The notes under the pieces: model-generated
Told to the model about the DNA's origin: nothing
Seen by the model: the letters and a program-made list of their open reading frames with translations, nothing else
Databases searched by the model: none
Source: a virus
Taxonomy: Duplodnaviria > Caudoviricetes
Virus record (IMG/VR): IMGVR_UViG_3300028364_000013
Direction: 5' to 3' (one strand)
DNA length: 64,000 bases
Program-made: the position numbers and the translations under genes
Shown here: in pieces, positions 61,913-64,000 of the stretch
Numbering within the stretch: the first letter of the stretch is position 1
Layout of the letters: each line of letters opens with the position of its first letter

Positions 61913-63995
61913 GCATAACTATGTTCCCTTGCTTATCTCCATACCTTTGTGTTAGAGTTTTTCTTGGACCTCCATTAGCATCTTCTTCTGAAAGAGCATC
62001 TGCAATCCTTTGCTTAAATGTGTGATAAGTGTCTTTATCTCTAAGAGCTATTGGTTTACCATATTCATCAATGAATTTTTTAACCTTCTTAGCATCCATT
62101 CTTGAGTGGGTTGACAAATATTCACCAATCTTTAATAGAAGATATTTATTATCACTAAGTATTTTCGTACACTCCTCTTCGCACTCTCTGATAAGTTTTC
62201 TTGCCGCTTGCTCGGTAGCTTTTACGTTTTCTGTATTGAACATTGTGTTAGTGCTTGAACTCTTGTGTCCGTAAAACATTGGAACCTCGTCAAGCATACC
62301 AAAAATCTTAGCCATATTTAAAGCAACTGAAGTTGCACTTTCAAAATCTCCTCCAGTACCAACTCCAAGATTTTCTTCTCCAAAAATCATTTTCTCAGCA
62401 ACAAACCCGCCAAGAGCTATGATTATATACTTTCTTAAAGTATCTCTCGTGTCAATAGCTGGAAGCTCTGCTGCACAGTACCCTTCAGACATATTAGCTG
62501 TTCTACTAAGTATTTCTGTAGGAAGAATTTGAGCTCCATATATTGCTGCAACAGCATGTCCAGCTTCGTGTATTGCTACGTGAGCTTGCATTTCGTCTCC
62601 AGTAGATTTTCTTAGACTTTCAATTTTTAATTTAACTGGGAATTGTGATGTAGACAAAATCTCTCTACTACTATTTAGCATCTCTATTTTATGTTTTCCT
62701 CTGGTAAATTTCCACGAAACTATTTTGACCGAACCTTTTGTTTCAATTATTTGCTCAATTACTTTTCCAACATGACTTTCTACAAGAGAATTTATAGTTG
62801 TAAAAACTGGCCTTGCTCCTTGCGTTGGCAAAACACCTTCTTTGTAAACAATTGTGTTTACTGATTCGTGAAATTCAATATCAATATCATATTCACTACT
62901 TATTTTTTCAACAAGCTTTTCTAACTCAAGAGATATAAGTTGCCTATAAACCTTAGAACTGAAGGCAGGATATATTATTTGACTATTTCCAAGCCTGGCA
63001 ATTTGTTCTGCTCTAAACCTCTTTTGTAAGGCAGCTTTTATTTTTGGCATCGTAATCTTTAGAGAATGCTTATAAAACCTATCAGCATCACTATCTGGGT
63101 CAAAGTTGTTTGACATTTGATATGCTTCATCAACATTTCCAATAACAAAAATACAAGACTTAGAATAATCGAACTCCATTGGCTTAAACGCTCTATGCAT
63201 TGTTTCATCAAGAAAAGTAAGAGACTCATTGTGGTCCATCGTCTTAAGGAACTCCTTCAACTCTCTCTCTGATAAAAATCTCGTTTCCCAAATTGACTGT
63301 ATGTACCAATAGAAAACTGAAGGAACAAATAGGTCTTCCTTTTTTTCTTCTTCTTTTTCTTTCTTGTTTTTTGAATCCGTGCCATCTTCTTTGAAGTACT
63401 TTTCGTGATAACTCTTGTTTGATGATATAATTCCCATCTTAGACTCAACTTTTCCGCTGTCTACACAGTCTTTTAACTTCAAGTAAAGATGATACACTCT
63501 ACTTCCATAATAAGAACTCTGAAGGATTGAAATCTTTCCAGAATCTAATAAATCCCACATAGCTCTAAGTCCTGATTTATCAAGTTCTTCACCATTTTCG
63601 TTTATAGTTCTTCCAAGTTGGAATTCGTCAAACACAATTCCTATCTGGTGGCCTTCTCTGTTTTTTAACTCTTCTGAAAATGAATGAGCTAATTTTGTGT
63701 TATCTTGTGAAGCATAATCTCCAACATCAAACTTATAAAGACTGTCTTCCAAGCCAATGTGAAAGAAAAGTCTTTTTACCAACCTTGTCTTTCCTACTCC
63801 AGTCATTCCCCAGAGATTAATAATTGTTGGTCTAATCTGCCCATTAGGAAAAAGATACCAAGGCCTCATTAAATCGACCACCTCATCAATGATGTCATCA
63901 AGCCCAACGAACTCCTTTTTCAATTCCACTTTGGCACTTTCTAATACCTCTTTTCTTCTAAGAAACCCCTTTTTATCTTCAGCTGAAATTTTCAT
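61884..63995 (-). CDS. AAA+ ATPase fused to an M41-type (FtsH-like) zinc peptidase, no transmembrane segment
   Basis: Walker A GMTGVGKT, Walker B IVFDE, GARP sensor, HEAGH, LGGFVAE, GTGGDFESAT. Confidence 0.8.
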   Translation of the reverse strand: MKISAEDKKGFLRRKEVLESAKVELKKEFVGLDDIIDEVVDLMRPWYLFPNGQIRPTIINLWGMTGVGKTRLVKRLFFHIGLEDSLYKFDVGDYASQDNTKLAHSFSEELKNREGHQIGIVFDEFQLGRTINENGEELDKSGLRAMWDLLDSGKISILQSSYYGSRVYHLYLKLKDCVDSGKVESKMGIISSNKSYHEKYFKEDGTDSKNKKEKEEEKKEDLFVPSVFYWYIQSIWETRFLSERELKEFLKTMDHNESLTFLDETMHRAFKPMEFDYSKSCIFVIGNVDEAYQMSNNFDPDSDADRFYKHSLKITMPKIKAALQKRFRAEQIARLGNSQIIYPAFSSKVYRQLISLELEKLVEKISSEYDIDIEFHESVNTIVYKEGVLPTQGARPVFTTINSLVESHVGKVIEQIIETKGSVKIVSWKFTRGKHKIEMLNSSREILSTSQFPVKLKIESLRKSTGDEMQAHVAIHEAGHAVAAIYGAQILPTEILSRTANMSEGYCAAELPAIDTRDTLRKYIIIALGGFVAEKMIFGEENLGVGTGGDFESATSVALNMAKIFGMLDEVPMFYGHKSSSTNTMFNTENVKATEQAARKLIRECEEECTKILSDNKYLLLKIGEYLSTHSRMDAKKVKKFIDEYGKPIALRDKDTYHTFKQRIADALSEEDANGGPRKTLTQRYGDKQGNIVMLESKKKDSE

Positions 63996-64000
63996 TGTCT

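Noticed and set aside
1-64000. Genome-wide TAG (or other stop) recoding
   Set aside because: Long genes are intact in code 11, several ORFs end in TAG, and no suppressor tRNA is seen; only isolated in-frame stops occur

Overview
AT-rich segment of a large (jumbo-type) phage genome. The host is probably Bacteroidota, judging from TAnnTTTG promoters and a DUF3127-type SSB. Almost everything is on the minus strand. The window holds about 40 recognisable tRNA genes and about 10 aberrant tRNA-like genes. It also holds a miniature RNase P RNA, a ~950-nt ORF-free structured RNA, MetRS, RtcB, an RNA ligase, a HAD RNA-repair-type phosphatase, an AlkB-like dioxygenase, many free-standing HNH/GIY-YIG/PD-(D/E)XK endonucleases, an IS605 element (tnpA+tnpB) splitting a gene, attC-like repeats and many hypothetical proteins. 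Main discovery: six tRNA clusters are each headed by an unannotated 26-39 aa leader ORF followed by an intrinsic terminator. Each leader is enriched in the amino acids, and often the codons, served by the tRNAs downstream (Gln; Leu/Phe/Val/Arg; Cys; Asn/His/Thr/Lys; Pro/Met/Gly/Tyr/Ala/Asp; Ser/Arg/Trp). The distal part of each leader is complementary to the terminator's 5' arm. This looks like ribosome-mediated attenuation that makes phage tRNA supply respond to shortage of the matching charged tRNAs. All tRNA and structure calls were made by eye, so coordinates may be off by a few nt. A few frameshifts fall in A-runs and could be sequencing errors.
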